From positions 32,001 to 96,000 of the IMG/VR virus record IMGVR_UViG_3300012009_000091: a stretch of 64,000 nt of DNA; one strand, 5' to 3'. Position numbers and translations under genes: made by a program. Positions 18,237-27,818 of the stretch are shown here, piece after piece (the first letter of the stretch is position 1; every line of letters starts with the position of its first letter). Under the pieces are notes generated by a model. It was not told the origin of the DNA. It saw only the letters and a list, made by a program, of their open reading frames with translations, and made no database searches. The DNA is from a virus.

Positions 18237-21200
18237 TGCAAGAGATATATAATTTCGATCAAATCAAAGAATCGGTTCAGGAGGCTCTCGGCCAGATTTT
18301 TCCTGTCGCTGGAAGAAACTTGGTTGTCGATCTCAATTCTCTTGATATACGAGATCGGAAGAATCCCGCATCGGTTCATGAGCAGTACGGAGCGTTGACG
18401 TCAGGTCGTTCGTGGACCATCCCGGTCTATGCCAACGTTACGCTTCGCGGCCCGGACGGGGAGTTGGATCGAGGACGGGTTAAAGTACTTGAACTTCCGA
18501 AACTGACCGAGAGAAATACGTTTATCGTCGATGGGAACGAACGTCAGTTGCACAGTGTGCTTCGACGGAAATCCGGAGTGTACACGCGACATGATGAAGT
18601 GGGGGACCTTGTTTCCGAGTTCAATTTGGATAACGGTCTGCATGAGGGAGGAAAGACTGACCGAGGTCGGAAGTTCGCCATACATTTCGACAACACGACC
18701 AACCAGTTCTACACACGTTTAGGTGGAAAGAAGAAAATCAATGCCTACACGCTTCTCGAGTCTCTGGGTCACGATATGGAGGGTCTCCGACAGCGCTTTG
18801 GGGATGAGATCCATTCGAAGAATCTCAAACGGACGTCGAAGAAGATCAAGCAAGATGTTTCGAAGATCTATGACACGATCTACGGATCGAAGGCCAAATC
18901 AGGATTGACTTCAGACCAGATGCGGCAACAGATCCAAGAGGCTTTCCGTAGAACGAAAGTAGATCCGGATACGACTAAAGTTACCCTTGGTACGCCAGCC
19001 GATTCCATTGACTCTAACATCCTCGTGAGAAGCATGGACAAGTTGTTGAACATCTCTCGCGGTCAGGAGAAGGAAGATGATCGTGAGAGTTTGGTGTTCA
19101 AGAAGGTCGTGTTCCCCCCGCAATTGATTGCGGAACGTGTGTCGCATCACCGCAACATCGAGCAGATTCGAGGGAAGATTCGGGCCAAGCTCAATGTCCG
19201 CGGTCGTGGTCGGAAATCACCTGAGCGAGTTGGCGAAGCTGTACCTACGCGCTTGTTGGATAAACCTTTACATGATCTCTTCGCTGAGTCGACCGAATCC
19301 GATCTGGTTGATCAACCTAACCCTGTAGGGATTGCGTCGGGCTACAATCGGATCAGCATGTTGGGTACAGGTGCAATTCGGTCTCTTGATCAGATCCCAT
19401 CAAGTGCTCCTCTGATTTCTCCGTCTCACTTAGGATATATTGATCCGCTACATACTCCAGAGTCGCATAAGGCCGGCGTGTCTGTACATCTCCCGATGAA
19501 CACCAAGATGGGAGAGGACAAACGCCTCGTTTCTCGTATGTTGACTCCGGATGGAGAGGAGAAGTGGGTAGCCGCGGAAGACGCTGCTCAAGCGGTGGTT
19601 GCTGCTCCTGATAGTTACGATATGCGTAGCGGTCGTCCTGTGCCCCGCGGTAAGACTGTTCAAGTTCAGCGAAATGGAGAGATTGAAGACGTCGATCCGA
19701 CTGAAGTAGATTACATCATCCCTCATGCGCGTGATGTGTTCGATGTTGCTACGAACTTGGTGCCTTATCTTCAGAACAACCAAGGGAATCGCGCGATGAT
19801 GGCCGGAAAACATGCTACTCAGGCGCTTCCCTTGAAATACAGAGATACTCCTCCAATTCAAACAGGAATCGAAGGAGATTTAGGCGAGACTGCCGGTGCA
19901 CGGAGGTCGCCTGTTTCAGGGCGTGTTTCTGATATCACTGAAGTGGATGGCGCGTATGAAATCCGCATCCAAGAATCAGGAAAGACCCGTCCGACCATCG
20001 TTCGTGCGTATCGCAACTATCCCATGGCGAAAGGCGTGGTGATGGATTCAGACTTGAAGGTCCAACCAGGGGACTCAGTCAAAACGGGTGATCTTCTAGC
20101 GGATTCGTCTTTCACCAAGGATGGTATGCTGTCTATGGGGACGCCTCTTCGTACAGCTTACATGCCTTGGTATGGCAGGAACTTTGAGGATGGGGTCGTC
20201 ATTTCGGATCGGGCCGCAGACCAGCTCACGTCTCTTCATCTCCATGAAAAGTCAAAGTATGAACCTGAGGCTATCAGTGATAAAACTCGGTTTCTGGATT
20301 GGTATCGGGCTCGATTTCAATCGCAAGATGAGATCAATGCTCTTGATGGAAGTGGTGTGATTCAGAAAGGGCAGACTGTCCAACCTGGTCAGATCCTGAT
20401 GGCTCGACTCAAACAGGTCGAGCGAGATAGTGAGGAAGCTAGACTTCGCAAACGGATGAAGCTAACGCCGTTTGATCCAGTCGTCATGACCTGGGATAAG
20501 GAGGTGCCGGGGACAGTCACTGATGTTCGGAAGAACCGAGACGGTACTGTCCGCGTCTTTGTGAAGACCGAAGAGAAGATGCGGGAAGGAGACAAGCTGG
20601 TCAGCCGCAATGCAAATAAAGGGATTGTGGTGAAGATCCTACCTGACGCAGAGATGCCACAAACAAAAGACGGGAAGCAAGTGGATGTTCTCTTGTCACC
20701 ATTAGGTATTCCTAGTCGCATTAATCTAGGACAAGTACTTGAGACGGCGGCGTCCAAAGTCGTAGAGAAAACAGGGAAACCGATCAATCTGTCGGATCAG
20801 ATGTTTGGCCCCAATAGCGATATTAAACATGTCCAACGATTACTGAAAGACGCTAAAATCACTGATACAGAAGAGCTGGTCGATCCTACTCGAGGGAACA
20901 AATCATTCGGGAAGGTTTTTACTGGTCCACAGTATTTCTATAAGTTGGAACATCAAGTCGCAAAGAAAGAGCGCTCTCGAGGACAAGGAAAATATGATCG
21001 ATGGGATGTGCCTGCAGGGGGAGATGGAGGCGCGCAGACCATCGGAGAGTTAGGCACGTACGCCATGTTGTCTCATGGGGCGGTTGAGAATCTACGGGAC
21101 ATGCAGCTCTACAAATCTCAGAAGAATGATGAGCTCTGGGATGCTTTGATCCACGGCCAACCTATCCCGCCTCCTAAACACATTACGCCCAATGTGCGCT

Positions 21201-24200
21201 TCGAGTCTTTATTGCGTACTGCTGGGGTGAAGTTGAAGAAAGGGGATACACTCAGTTTGATCCCACAGACCGACGAGCAGACCGAAAAGCTGGCTCGGGG
21301 ACGTCCTCCGCTGGAGGACGCCGGACGGATGTATGCGTTTCAACGAGATCGGGTTGTGGAAGAGCCTGAAGGCCTGTTTGATCCTGTCAAGACTGGTGGG
21401 TCAGAGGGAGATAGGTGGAGTTACTTTCGGCTTCCGGAACCGATTCCCAATCCAATGTTTGCTCCGGCTATTTCGTCTTTGACGGGTTGGTCTGAGTCTA
21501 CACTCAAACGGGTGGTCGAGGGTAAACAGGAATATGGGGGTTTGATCGGTGGACCGGCGGTCGCGAAGCGCCTTGAGGAGGTAGATCTGGATGCGGAAGA
21601 AGCGAAGCTTCGGGAGCAAGCCCAGAGTGTACAAGGAAGAAAACGCCTCAACATGGAGAACAAAGCCAAGGAGTTGAGTCGGATCTATCGGAGACTTCGG
21701 TATGTAACGGCTTTGAAAGGTCGGGATCTTCGTCCTGAGAAAGTGTATATGATGCAGAATGTTCCTGTTCTGCCGCCAAAGTTGCGTCCTGTTATCGCTC
21801 TTAGTAGTGGGGAGCGGTCGGCTGACGACATGAACAACCTTTATCGAGATCTTGCGCTGGTTTCGAATACTATGAAGGAGAGTCAAGAGCGGGGGGTCTC
21901 TCCTAAGCACCTGCAGCCTTTGCGTGGCGCCTTGTATGATGGCCTCTCTGCTTTGATCTCTGCTAAGAGTGGGGATCGCCCGTTGAGTGGGGCATACAGA
22001 GGGGTCATTGGTTCTATCTCCGGTAAACGCCCTGTAGAGGAGGGAAAAGGCGAAGTAGGGCAGGCCAAAGGCGGATTATTTCAAGATCAAATCACGCGTC
22101 GTCGACAGGATTTCTCAGCTCGGACGACGATCACGGTTGAACCTCGACTCGAGATTGATCAGATTGGTATGCCCTTCAAAATGGCGTACGAGATTTATTC
22201 TCCGTGGGCACAAAAGCGGTTGCGGGAAAAGTATGGGTACGCTACTCGAGACGCGCGTAAGTACTATGAAGAGAAGGGCCCTGATGATCCGCGTGTACGG
22301 GACGTTCTCTCTGATGCGGTAGCCGAGCGGCCTTCACTTGTCAAACGGGATCCCGCTTTGCACAAATTCAACGTGATGGCTTTCAATCCAGTTCTGGTGG
22401 AAGGCAGTGCATTACAAATCCACCCGTTGGTGACCGGAGGATTCAATGCGGACTTTGATGGCGATACGATGTCCGTATACGTGCCTGTGAAAGAGGAGGC
22501 GGTTGAAGAGTCTTATAAGATGTTGCCTTCTAACAACATCTACAATCCGACAAACGGCAAGTTGATGTACGCCCCGAGTCAAGAAATGGTTTGGGGCTTA
22601 CACAGTCTCACTAGCGTAGGAAAGAAGACCAATTGGAAGTTTGGATCTCGCAAAGCAGCGGAAAGCGCGTTGAATCGTGGGGATGTTCACCAAACAGATC
22701 GCATCAAAATAGGCACGCGTGAGACAACTTTAGGGTGGGAAAAAATCAACGACATTCTCCCCGGCCGGTTTCGTTTCAAAGGGTCTTTGGACAATCGAAA
22801 GCCACTTGACAAGCATCGAATTTCTGACTTGTTGAGTAAGGTCGCTGCAAAGGAACCTGAAACATTCGCCCCACTGGTAAACACTCTCAAGGATGTCGGT
22901 AATCAAAACGCTACAGAAGATGCGTCGTCTTTTTCTCTGAAAGACTTTGATGTGGTAGGTCAGGAGTTCCGAGATCGCACTTTTCGGGAAGCCGAAGAAA
23001 AGGCATCTCGAAGTAAAGATCCACTTGGCGTGCTGTCTGATGCGCTCAAGAAAGTTGATCGACACACTCTTGAAGTGCTGAGTTCGCAAAAGAAGCCGAA
23101 TGCGATCTTTCAAATCGTCACGTCGGGATCGAAGGCCAGTTGGCCTCAGCTCAAGCAAATTGTCAGTGCTCCTGCATTGGTGTACGACACTCAAAATCGA
23201 ATTGTCCCGCGATTGATCAAAAAGTCGTACAGTGAAGGTTTACCGTTGATGGATTATTGGACGGGTCTCCACGGAGCCCGAAAAGGGGCTATCAATAAGT
23301 CCATCTCGACGTCCCGTCCCGGATATCTTGGGAAACAGGTGATGCGGTCTGTGATTGATCAGGTTGTTGTGGAAGATGATTGCGGAACGCGACAAGGTCG
23401 ATCGATGTCGCCGGATGATCCAGAAGCGGTTAATCGGTATTTGGCGTCCGGTATTCGAGTTCAGGGCGGGAAGCGAGATCGGAATTTCAATCGTAATTCG
23501 GTGGTAACGCCGAACATAGTGTCCTCTCTTCGTGCCCACAAGACCCCTTCGATACATGTACGATCTCCCATGCGATGCGAAAGTACGGACGGTGTGTGCG
23601 CTAAGTGTATGGGGTTGGACGAGGAAGGACGGGATTATGCCGTTGGAACGAATGTCGGTGTTCAGGCCGCTCAAGGAGTAGGGGAGCCGTCGACGCAGTT
23701 GTCATTGAATGTATTTCATACCGGTGGGGTGGTAGAGGATCCCAATATTCCTGTTGAGAGCGATCGTCTGCAGCGTGCTGAACACTTGTTGCGGCTTACT
23801 CAACGAATCCCCAATAGTGCTGTGCTCTCTCCGAGATCTGGAAAGATCGAAGGAGTACGAGAAGCTCCTCAGGGAGGACATGAGGTTAAGATCGATGGAA
23901 AAGAGATCTACATTCCCCATGAGAAGAAGTTGTTCGGCAGTATCAAACCGGGTCAGGAGATAGGCAAAGGCGATCCGATGACAGCGGGGCCCATCCATCC
24001 GCTCGAGGTATTGAAGTACAAAGGTACGTATGCCGCGCAGGATACTCTCGCGGATCAATTGTACGACCTCTATAAGGGTGCTCGTGGCACCAAGAAGAAA
24101 CACTTTGAGGTGATCGTACGAGGGATGTCCAAGAACACACAGGTATTGGATCCAAAGGACTCTGAGTGGGAGTCTGGACAAGTGACGTCATTGACGAAAG

Positions 24201-24478
24201 TTAAGAAACATAATCGAGAAGCAGGGAAAGACCAGCGGGTCAAACATCTGCCTATCATGCGTGGAATTGGGACGTCTCCCCTGTTGTCTGAAGATTGGAT
24301 AGCTCGGCTCAATGGAGAGCGACTTCGGAGTACTATCGTAGGGGCGGCCACTCAAGGTTGGGAATCTCAGGCGCACAGTACTCACCCTATCCCCGCGATG
24401 ACTTTTTTGAATGAAGAAGAGCTGTCGGAAGAGTCAGGCTTTGGGCGGCCTATCCAACCGATACGATCTCCGTATTAG
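18236..24478 (+). CDS. rpoBC: Single-chain two-barrel DNA-directed RNA polymerase (beta-beta' fusion)
   Basis: Beta motifs TFIVDGNER, IDPLHTPES, GNRAMM, YGRNFED, GDKLVSRNANKG, PLGIPSRINLGQ, YKLEH, GAQTIGE; then beta' motifs VLPPKLRP, RRQDFSAR, RDPALH, NADFDGD, HGARKG, GEPSTQLSLNVFH, KHFEVIVR. Confidence 0.97.
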   Translation: MQEIYNFDQIKESVQEALGQIFPVAGRNLVVDLNSLDIRDRKNPASVHEQYGALTSGRSWTIPVYANVTLRGPDGELDRGRVKVLELPKLTERNTFIVDGNERQLHSVLRRKSGVYTRHDEVGDLVSEFNLDNGLHEGGKTDRGRKFAIHFDNTTNQFYTRLGGKKKINAYTLLESLGHDMEGLRQRFGDEIHSKNLKRTSKKIKQDVSKIYDTIYGSKAKSGLTSDQMRQQIQEAFRRTKVDPDTTKVTLGTPADSIDSNILVRSMDKLLNISRGQEKEDDRESLVFKKVVFPPQLIAERVSHHRNIEQIRGKIRAKLNVRGRGRKSPERVGEAVPTRLLDKPLHDLFAESTESDLVDQPNPVGIASGYNRISMLGTGAIRSLDQIPSSAPLISPSHLGYIDPLHTPESHKAGVSVHLPMNTKMGEDKRLVSRMLTPDGEEKWVAAEDAAQAVVAAPDSYDMRSGRPVPRGKTVQVQRNGEIEDVDPTEVDYIIPHARDVFDVATNLVPYLQNNQGNRAMMAGKHATQALPLKYRDTPPIQTGIEGDLGETAGARRSPVSGRVSDITEVDGAYEIRIQESGKTRPTIVRAYRNYPMAKGVVMDSDLKVQPGDSVKTGDLLADSSFTKDGMLSMGTPLRTAYMPWYGRNFEDGVVISDRAADQLTSLHLHEKSKYEPEAISDKTRFLDWYRARFQSQDEINALDGSGVIQKGQTVQPGQILMARLKQVERDSEEARLRKRMKLTPFDPVVMTWDKEVPGTVTDVRKNRDGTVRVFVKTEEKMREGDKLVSRNANKGIVVKILPDAEMPQTKDGKQVDVLLSPLGIPSRINLGQVLETAASKVVEKTGKPINLSDQMFGPNSDIKHVQRLLKDAKITDTEELVDPTRGNKSFGKVFTGPQYFYKLEHQVAKKERSRGQGKYDRWDVPAGGDGGAQTIGELGTYAMLSHGAVENLRDMQLYKSQKNDELWDALIHGQPIPPPKHITPNVRFESLLRTAGVKLKKGDTLSLIPQTDEQTEKLARGRPPLEDAGRMYAFQRDRVVEEPEGLFDPVKTGGSEGDRWSYFRLPEPIPNPMFAPAISSLTGWSESTLKRVVEGKQEYGGLIGGPAVAKRLEEVDLDAEEAKLREQAQSVQGRKRLNMENKAKELSRIYRRLRYVTALKGRDLRPEKVYMMQNVPVLPPKLRPVIALSSGERSADDMNNLYRDLALVSNTMKESQERGVSPKHLQPLRGALYDGLSALISAKSGDRPLSGAYRGVIGSISGKRPVEEGKGEVGQAKGGLFQDQITRRRQDFSARTTITVEPRLEIDQIGMPFKMAYEIYSPWAQKRLREKYGYATRDARKYYEEKGPDDPRVRDVLSDAVAERPSLVKRDPALHKFNVMAFNPVLVEGSALQIHPLVTGGFNADFDGDTMSVYVPVKEEAVEESYKMLPSNNIYNPTNGKLMYAPSQEMVWGLHSLTSVGKKTNWKFGSRKAAESALNRGDVHQTDRIKIGTRETTLGWEKINDILPGRFRFKGSLDNRKPLDKHRISDLLSKVAAKEPETFAPLVNTLKDVGNQNATEDASSFSLKDFDVVGQEFRDRTFREAEEKASRSKDPLGVLSDALKKVDRHTLEVLSSQKKPNAIFQIVTSGSKASWPQLKQIVSAPALVYDTQNRIVPRLIKKSYSEGLPLMDYWTGLHGARKGAINKSISTSRPGYLGKQVMRSVIDQVVVEDDCGTRQGRSMSPDDPEAVNRYLASGIRVQGGKRDRNFNRNSVVTPNIVSSLRAHKTPSIHVRSPMRCESTDGVCAKCMGLDEEGRDYAVGTNVGVQAAQGVGEPSTQLSLNVFHTGGVVEDPNIPVESDRLQRAEHLLRLTQRIPNSAVLSPRSGKIEGVREAPQGGHEVKIDGKEIYIPHEKKLFGSIKPGQEIGKGDPMTAGPIHPLEVLKYKGTYAAQDTLADQLYDLYKGARGTKKKHFEVIVRGMSKNTQVLDPKDSEWESGQVTSLTKVKKHNREAGKDQRVKHLPIMRGIGTSPLLSEDWIARLNGERLRSTIVGAATQGWESQAHSTHPIPAMTFLNEEELSEESGFGRPIQPIRSPY

Positions 24479-24487
24479 AGGACCACC

Positions 24488-26185
24488 GTGCCACAATCGA
24501 GAATACAGCAGCGTGATCGAACGTCGAGACGACAGCCTCCTGCAGCTATCTCTAAGGGCCGGATTCGAGATGTGCATCCTAGATATTGGACGGTAGATGT
24601 GGAGCTCGAGAATGGCGCATTCATCGAGAGCGCACCTGTGGTCTCTCCGTATTTTCACCAGGAAAATGGAGAAGGGTTCAGCGCTCTTCCGGAAATAGGG
24701 GCTCACTGTCTTCTCCTTACTGGTACCGCAGAGGGGTATGAACCGGCGGTGTTAGCGTTCACGCCGCTTCGATCCACGGAGTATCAAGAATCTGAGGAAC
24801 CAGAAGAAGATCATAGTGCTGGGCGAGGTCCTGCTGTCCCTGGGGATATTTACATCCACGGCCGAGATGAGAATTTCGTACGGCTTCGACGTGGGGGAGT
24901 TGTAGAGATCGGGGCGGATGAAGGCACTCGCTCTTGGTACATTCCATTTGGCAATCTCATTCGGCATATCTGCGCTAACTATGAGCTGTCTGTCAGCGGT
25001 TCGGTGGCGCGGATCAATACCCTCGATTCGCCGGAGATCCCGGAAGAGGGGCCGACCCCTCTTCAACTCGATCTGAGATTGCAAGAGTACGTCGAGAAAG
25101 CCCCTCTCATCGACTTGAAAATGGGACACGTGGTGGATGACGAGGGGAGGTCCTTGGCGGCCAATCAGGGGGATATCGTTGCGCGTATGTTGGTGTTTGA
25201 TCAAACAACCGCAGATGCTGCTCAGCGGGATGGCATTGATCCTAGTCCGGATCAAGCCGCTGTGGCGATTCGTTTTGATAAGAACGGAAATGCTGAGCAG
25301 ATCATGTCGGGTCAGTGGCTCGTGCAAGCAGCTGGTCGCCGTCTGTACCTGACCGATTCCGATGTTCAATTAGTCCGAGGAAATCGACGTGAGGAGATCA
25401 CGGGAAATGCAGACCGTCATATCGGAGGCGATGTTATCGATCGTGCTGATGGTTCGCGGGTGATTCAATCACGAGGCCCCTTGACGATCAGTTGTGAACA
25501 ATTACAGATCGAAGAACAGCGAGCGCGACAGACTTCGATGGCCGGGAATCGAGGTACTATTGTAGGTGGGAATTCGGAAGATCAGGTCGCGGGTGATCGA
25601 ACTACTGGATCGGGTGGTGGGGTCAACGATACGTGTTTGGGGAATCGAGCTGTTACTACTGGTGGGAAGGTCATCGAGACAGTGTTGCATGCAGCAGAAC
25701 CGACTAGCATGTTGCAGGGTGCTGTAGCACATCTACTCGACGTCCTGGACGGCACGATTCGTCAAAAAGCGCGGCTGGGAAATATAGAGCTCGAGGTTGG
25801 TCCTCTCGGCTCTCCGATTTGTAAAATTACAGTACACAACAACCCCACACAACCTACAGAGATAGGACGTGTTTCTATTACCTGGGCGAACCCTGCTATG
25901 AAGTTGATTATCGACGGGTTGACGGGAGCGGCCACATTTACGAATATGATAGGGGAGTGGACACTGGGTGCTGACGGTCGGCAGTATGTCGGCCCTCGTG
26001 GTGGAAGCGGGCCTGGTGCAGGGAATGTCGTGACGACGAATACACATCCGTTCTGTTACGTAACCGGCGCGCCCATTATTGGGTGTTCAGGCTCTACTGC
26101 TGCTGGGGTTCCGGCGCCAGGTCCAGCTGCTCCGGTAGTAGGGCCAGCGGATAACATTCCTGATCCTGACATACCGAGGCCGTGA
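24488..26185 (+). CDS. Baseplate central spike (gpV/gp5-like)
   Basis: N-terminal OB-fold pattern (GRIRDV..WTVDV, PEIG), VGGN/GNR beta-helix repeats, C-terminal HPFCYVTG. Confidence 0.7.
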   Translation: MPQSRIQQRDRTSRRQPPAAISKGRIRDVHPRYWTVDVELENGAFIESAPVVSPYFHQENGEGFSALPEIGAHCLLLTGTAEGYEPAVLAFTPLRSTEYQESEEPEEDHSAGRGPAVPGDIYIHGRDENFVRLRRGGVVEIGADEGTRSWYIPFGNLIRHICANYELSVSGSVARINTLDSPEIPEEGPTPLQLDLRLQEYVEKAPLIDLKMGHVVDDEGRSLAANQGDIVARMLVFDQTTADAAQRDGIDPSPDQAAVAIRFDKNGNAEQIMSGQWLVQAAGRRLYLTDSDVQLVRGNRREEITGNADRHIGGDVIDRADGSRVIQSRGPLTISCEQLQIEEQRARQTSMAGNRGTIVGGNSEDQVAGDRTTGSGGGVNDTCLGNRAVTTGGKVIETVLHAAEPTSMLQGAVAHLLDVLDGTIRQKARLGNIELEVGPLGSPICKITVHNNPTQPTEIGRVSITWANPAMKLIIDGLTGAATFTNMIGEWTLGADGRQYVGPRGGSGPGAGNVVTTNTHPFCYVTGAPIIGCSGSTAAGVPAPGPAAPVVGPADNIPDPDIPRP

Positions 26186-26201
26186 TGGGCTGGCTCCAAA
26201 T

Positions 26202-26671
26202 TGTGAAAAAACGTGGAGCGAGAACGGACAATGAGTAACACAGTTTTACAGGCTTTTGTAACTGCTTTTGAGAAATGTGCAGTTGATCCTGAATCTGCGT
26301 TGGCTGGAGGAGGCGTCGGCACTTTGGTCGGAGGGGCGGGTGGTGCGACCATTGCGGATCGGGCAATGAAGGCGTATATGGCGCGGAAGTACGGGTTGAA
26401 TAAAATCAATCCTGCGTACTTAAAGCACTTGCGAGGGCGGGCTCGTGGGGCGGGAGCTTTGGGAGCCGCTATTCCACTCGGTCTTGCAGGTGCATTAGCG
26501 GGAGGTATGATAGGGGGGTGAGAAAACGGTCAGCAGTGTGAAGACACGTAGAGTGAGAATGGACAATGAATAACACAGTTTTACAGGCTTTCGTGACTGC
26601 TTTCGAGAAGTGCGCAGCTGATCCTGAATCTGCTTTGGCTGCCGAAAGCGTCGGTGCTTTGGTTGGAGGGG
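26202..26671 (+). repeat. Imperfect direct repeat of about 135 bp (26202-26336 and 26537-26671)
   Basis: Covers about 29 nt of upstream sequence and the first ~35 codons of two tandem genes; offset 335 bp. Confidence 0.9.
26231..26521 (+). CDS. Small glycine-zipper protein with AFVTAFEKCA leader
   Basis: MSNTVLQAFVTAFEKCA then two GxxxG-rich hydrophobic segments around a basic linker. Confidence 0.75.
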   Translation: MSNTVLQAFVTAFEKCAVDPESALAGGGVGTLVGGAGGATIADRAMKAYMARKYGLNKINPAYLKHLRGRARGAGALGAAIPLGLAGALAGGMIGG

Positions 26672-26991
26672 GTGAGAAAACGGCCGGTAGGCGGCGGAGG
26701 CTCCTTCTCGGGTTGGGCGGTTTAGGTGCGTTGACAGGTGGAGGGTTGTTAGGTCTGCAAGCATTGGGGACAAAAAGCGGGGACTGGGAGGACTACTTGA
26801 TTCCAAATCCGCAGGCTATAGCTGCGGGAGGGGAGCGTGTAGGCCAGTTGTCTGGGCAGTTGGCCGCTCATTTTGCCCGTCAAAGACCGACTACTATAAG
26901 CGATATGCGCGAAAGCAGTAGAAAGTGGAGGGGCCGACTCGATGGTATCAGTGACCGCATGTCCAATGCCGTTTTAGACTATGATTTGTGA
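26566..26991 (+). CDS. Small glycine-zipper protein with AFVTAFEKCA leader
   Basis: MNNTVLQAFVTAFEKCA...EKTAG RRRR LLLGLGGLGALTGGGLLG. Confidence 0.75.
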   Translation: MNNTVLQAFVTAFEKCAADPESALAAESVGALVGGGEKTAGRRRRLLLGLGGLGALTGGGLLGLQALGTKSGDWEDYLIPNPQAIAAGGERVGQLSGQLAAHFARQRPTTISDMRESSRKWRGRLDGISDRMSNAVLDYDL

Positions 26992-27011
26992 TAATGCTGG
27001 TTGTGTCCACC

Positions 27012-27686
27012 ATGGCGACTTACATGTTTGACGCATGTGTCGTAGCCTTCCCGGAAATGGCGACTTTCTATCGAGCTAATGCATATAGCGTTCCTATCGT
27101 TTCTGCGCATCGTCCAATCGAAGAGATTTGTTCGGCGATTGCGAGTGCAGTAGTTGACCTTCTCCCCACTTCAATGACCTTTGTAGGGGTCGGTCCAGGC
27201 GCTAATGCATCGCCGGGTCCATTTCCTGTAACCCCCGCTGATTTCTCTGTGGCTGGGCCTGCGGCTAAAACCGACGCTGTACAGGACACGCAGACGGCAC
27301 TTGGCTGGGTTGGAAAGAGTGGTCCATCTTTGATCGAGGTATTGATGCGTGCCATGATGGACTACATCACGCTCAATCTTACGCTCTCAACGTCCACAGG
27401 ATTGACTGACGCAGGTTCGGGAGGGACTATGAGTATTTCAGCGGGATCGCTTCCTTCTGGAAGTGCGATCTCCGCCGCTGCTCTTGCTATTTTGTCTGAC
27501 GCGGGGCAGTTTTATAAGAATGACAATCCGTCTTTAGGGTTGGCCCCTTCGTTGGTAAACATGATCGACGCGTATTGTTCTGGGGTTCCTGGCGTGTGTG
27601 CTGCATTGGGTGGCGTGGTCACCATCTCGCCAATTGGTCCTGCTACGGCCACAACTATGTCCATCGCCGCAGGATCGGTATCATGA
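27012..27686 (+). CDS. Ala/Gly/Ser-rich hypothetical protein, possibly baseplate-associated
   Basis: ORF downstream of the spike; start uncertain (26988-27023). Confidence 0.55.
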   Translation: MATYMFDACVVAFPEMATFYRANAYSVPIVSAHRPIEEICSAIASAVVDLLPTSMTFVGVGPGANASPGPFPVTPADFSVAGPAAKTDAVQDTQTALGWVGKSGPSLIEVLMRAMMDYITLNLTLSTSTGLTDAGSGGTMSISAGSLPSGSAISAAALAILSDAGQFYKNDNPSLGLAPSLVNMIDAYCSGVPGVCAALGGVVTISPIGPATATTMSIAAGSVS

Positions 27687-27818
27687 CAGAGTGGACATCT
27701 GTCGACCGCTGTCAGATAGAGGTCGTTCTGGACAAGACGTGTTCGCTGTTGTACTCCATAGTGACGAAGGCTATGCAGGCGGAAGGAATCCGTACAGCGA
27801 ATTTATTGAGGGCCGTAG

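Noticed and set aside
18236-24478. Host chromosomal rpoBC operon
   Set aside because: No flanking ribosomal protein genes; strongly reduced and embedded among virion genes.
26202-26671. Diversity-generating retroelement template/variable repeat pair
   Set aside because: Differences are not adenine-specific, the repeats lie at gene 5' ends, and no reverse transcriptase is present in the window.
16876-26901. TATAAG occurrences inside structural genes (about 16878, 20939, 22514, 24072, 26895)
   Set aside because: They lack the leading G, coincide with Tyr-Lys or Ile-Ser codons and are mostly far from start codons.
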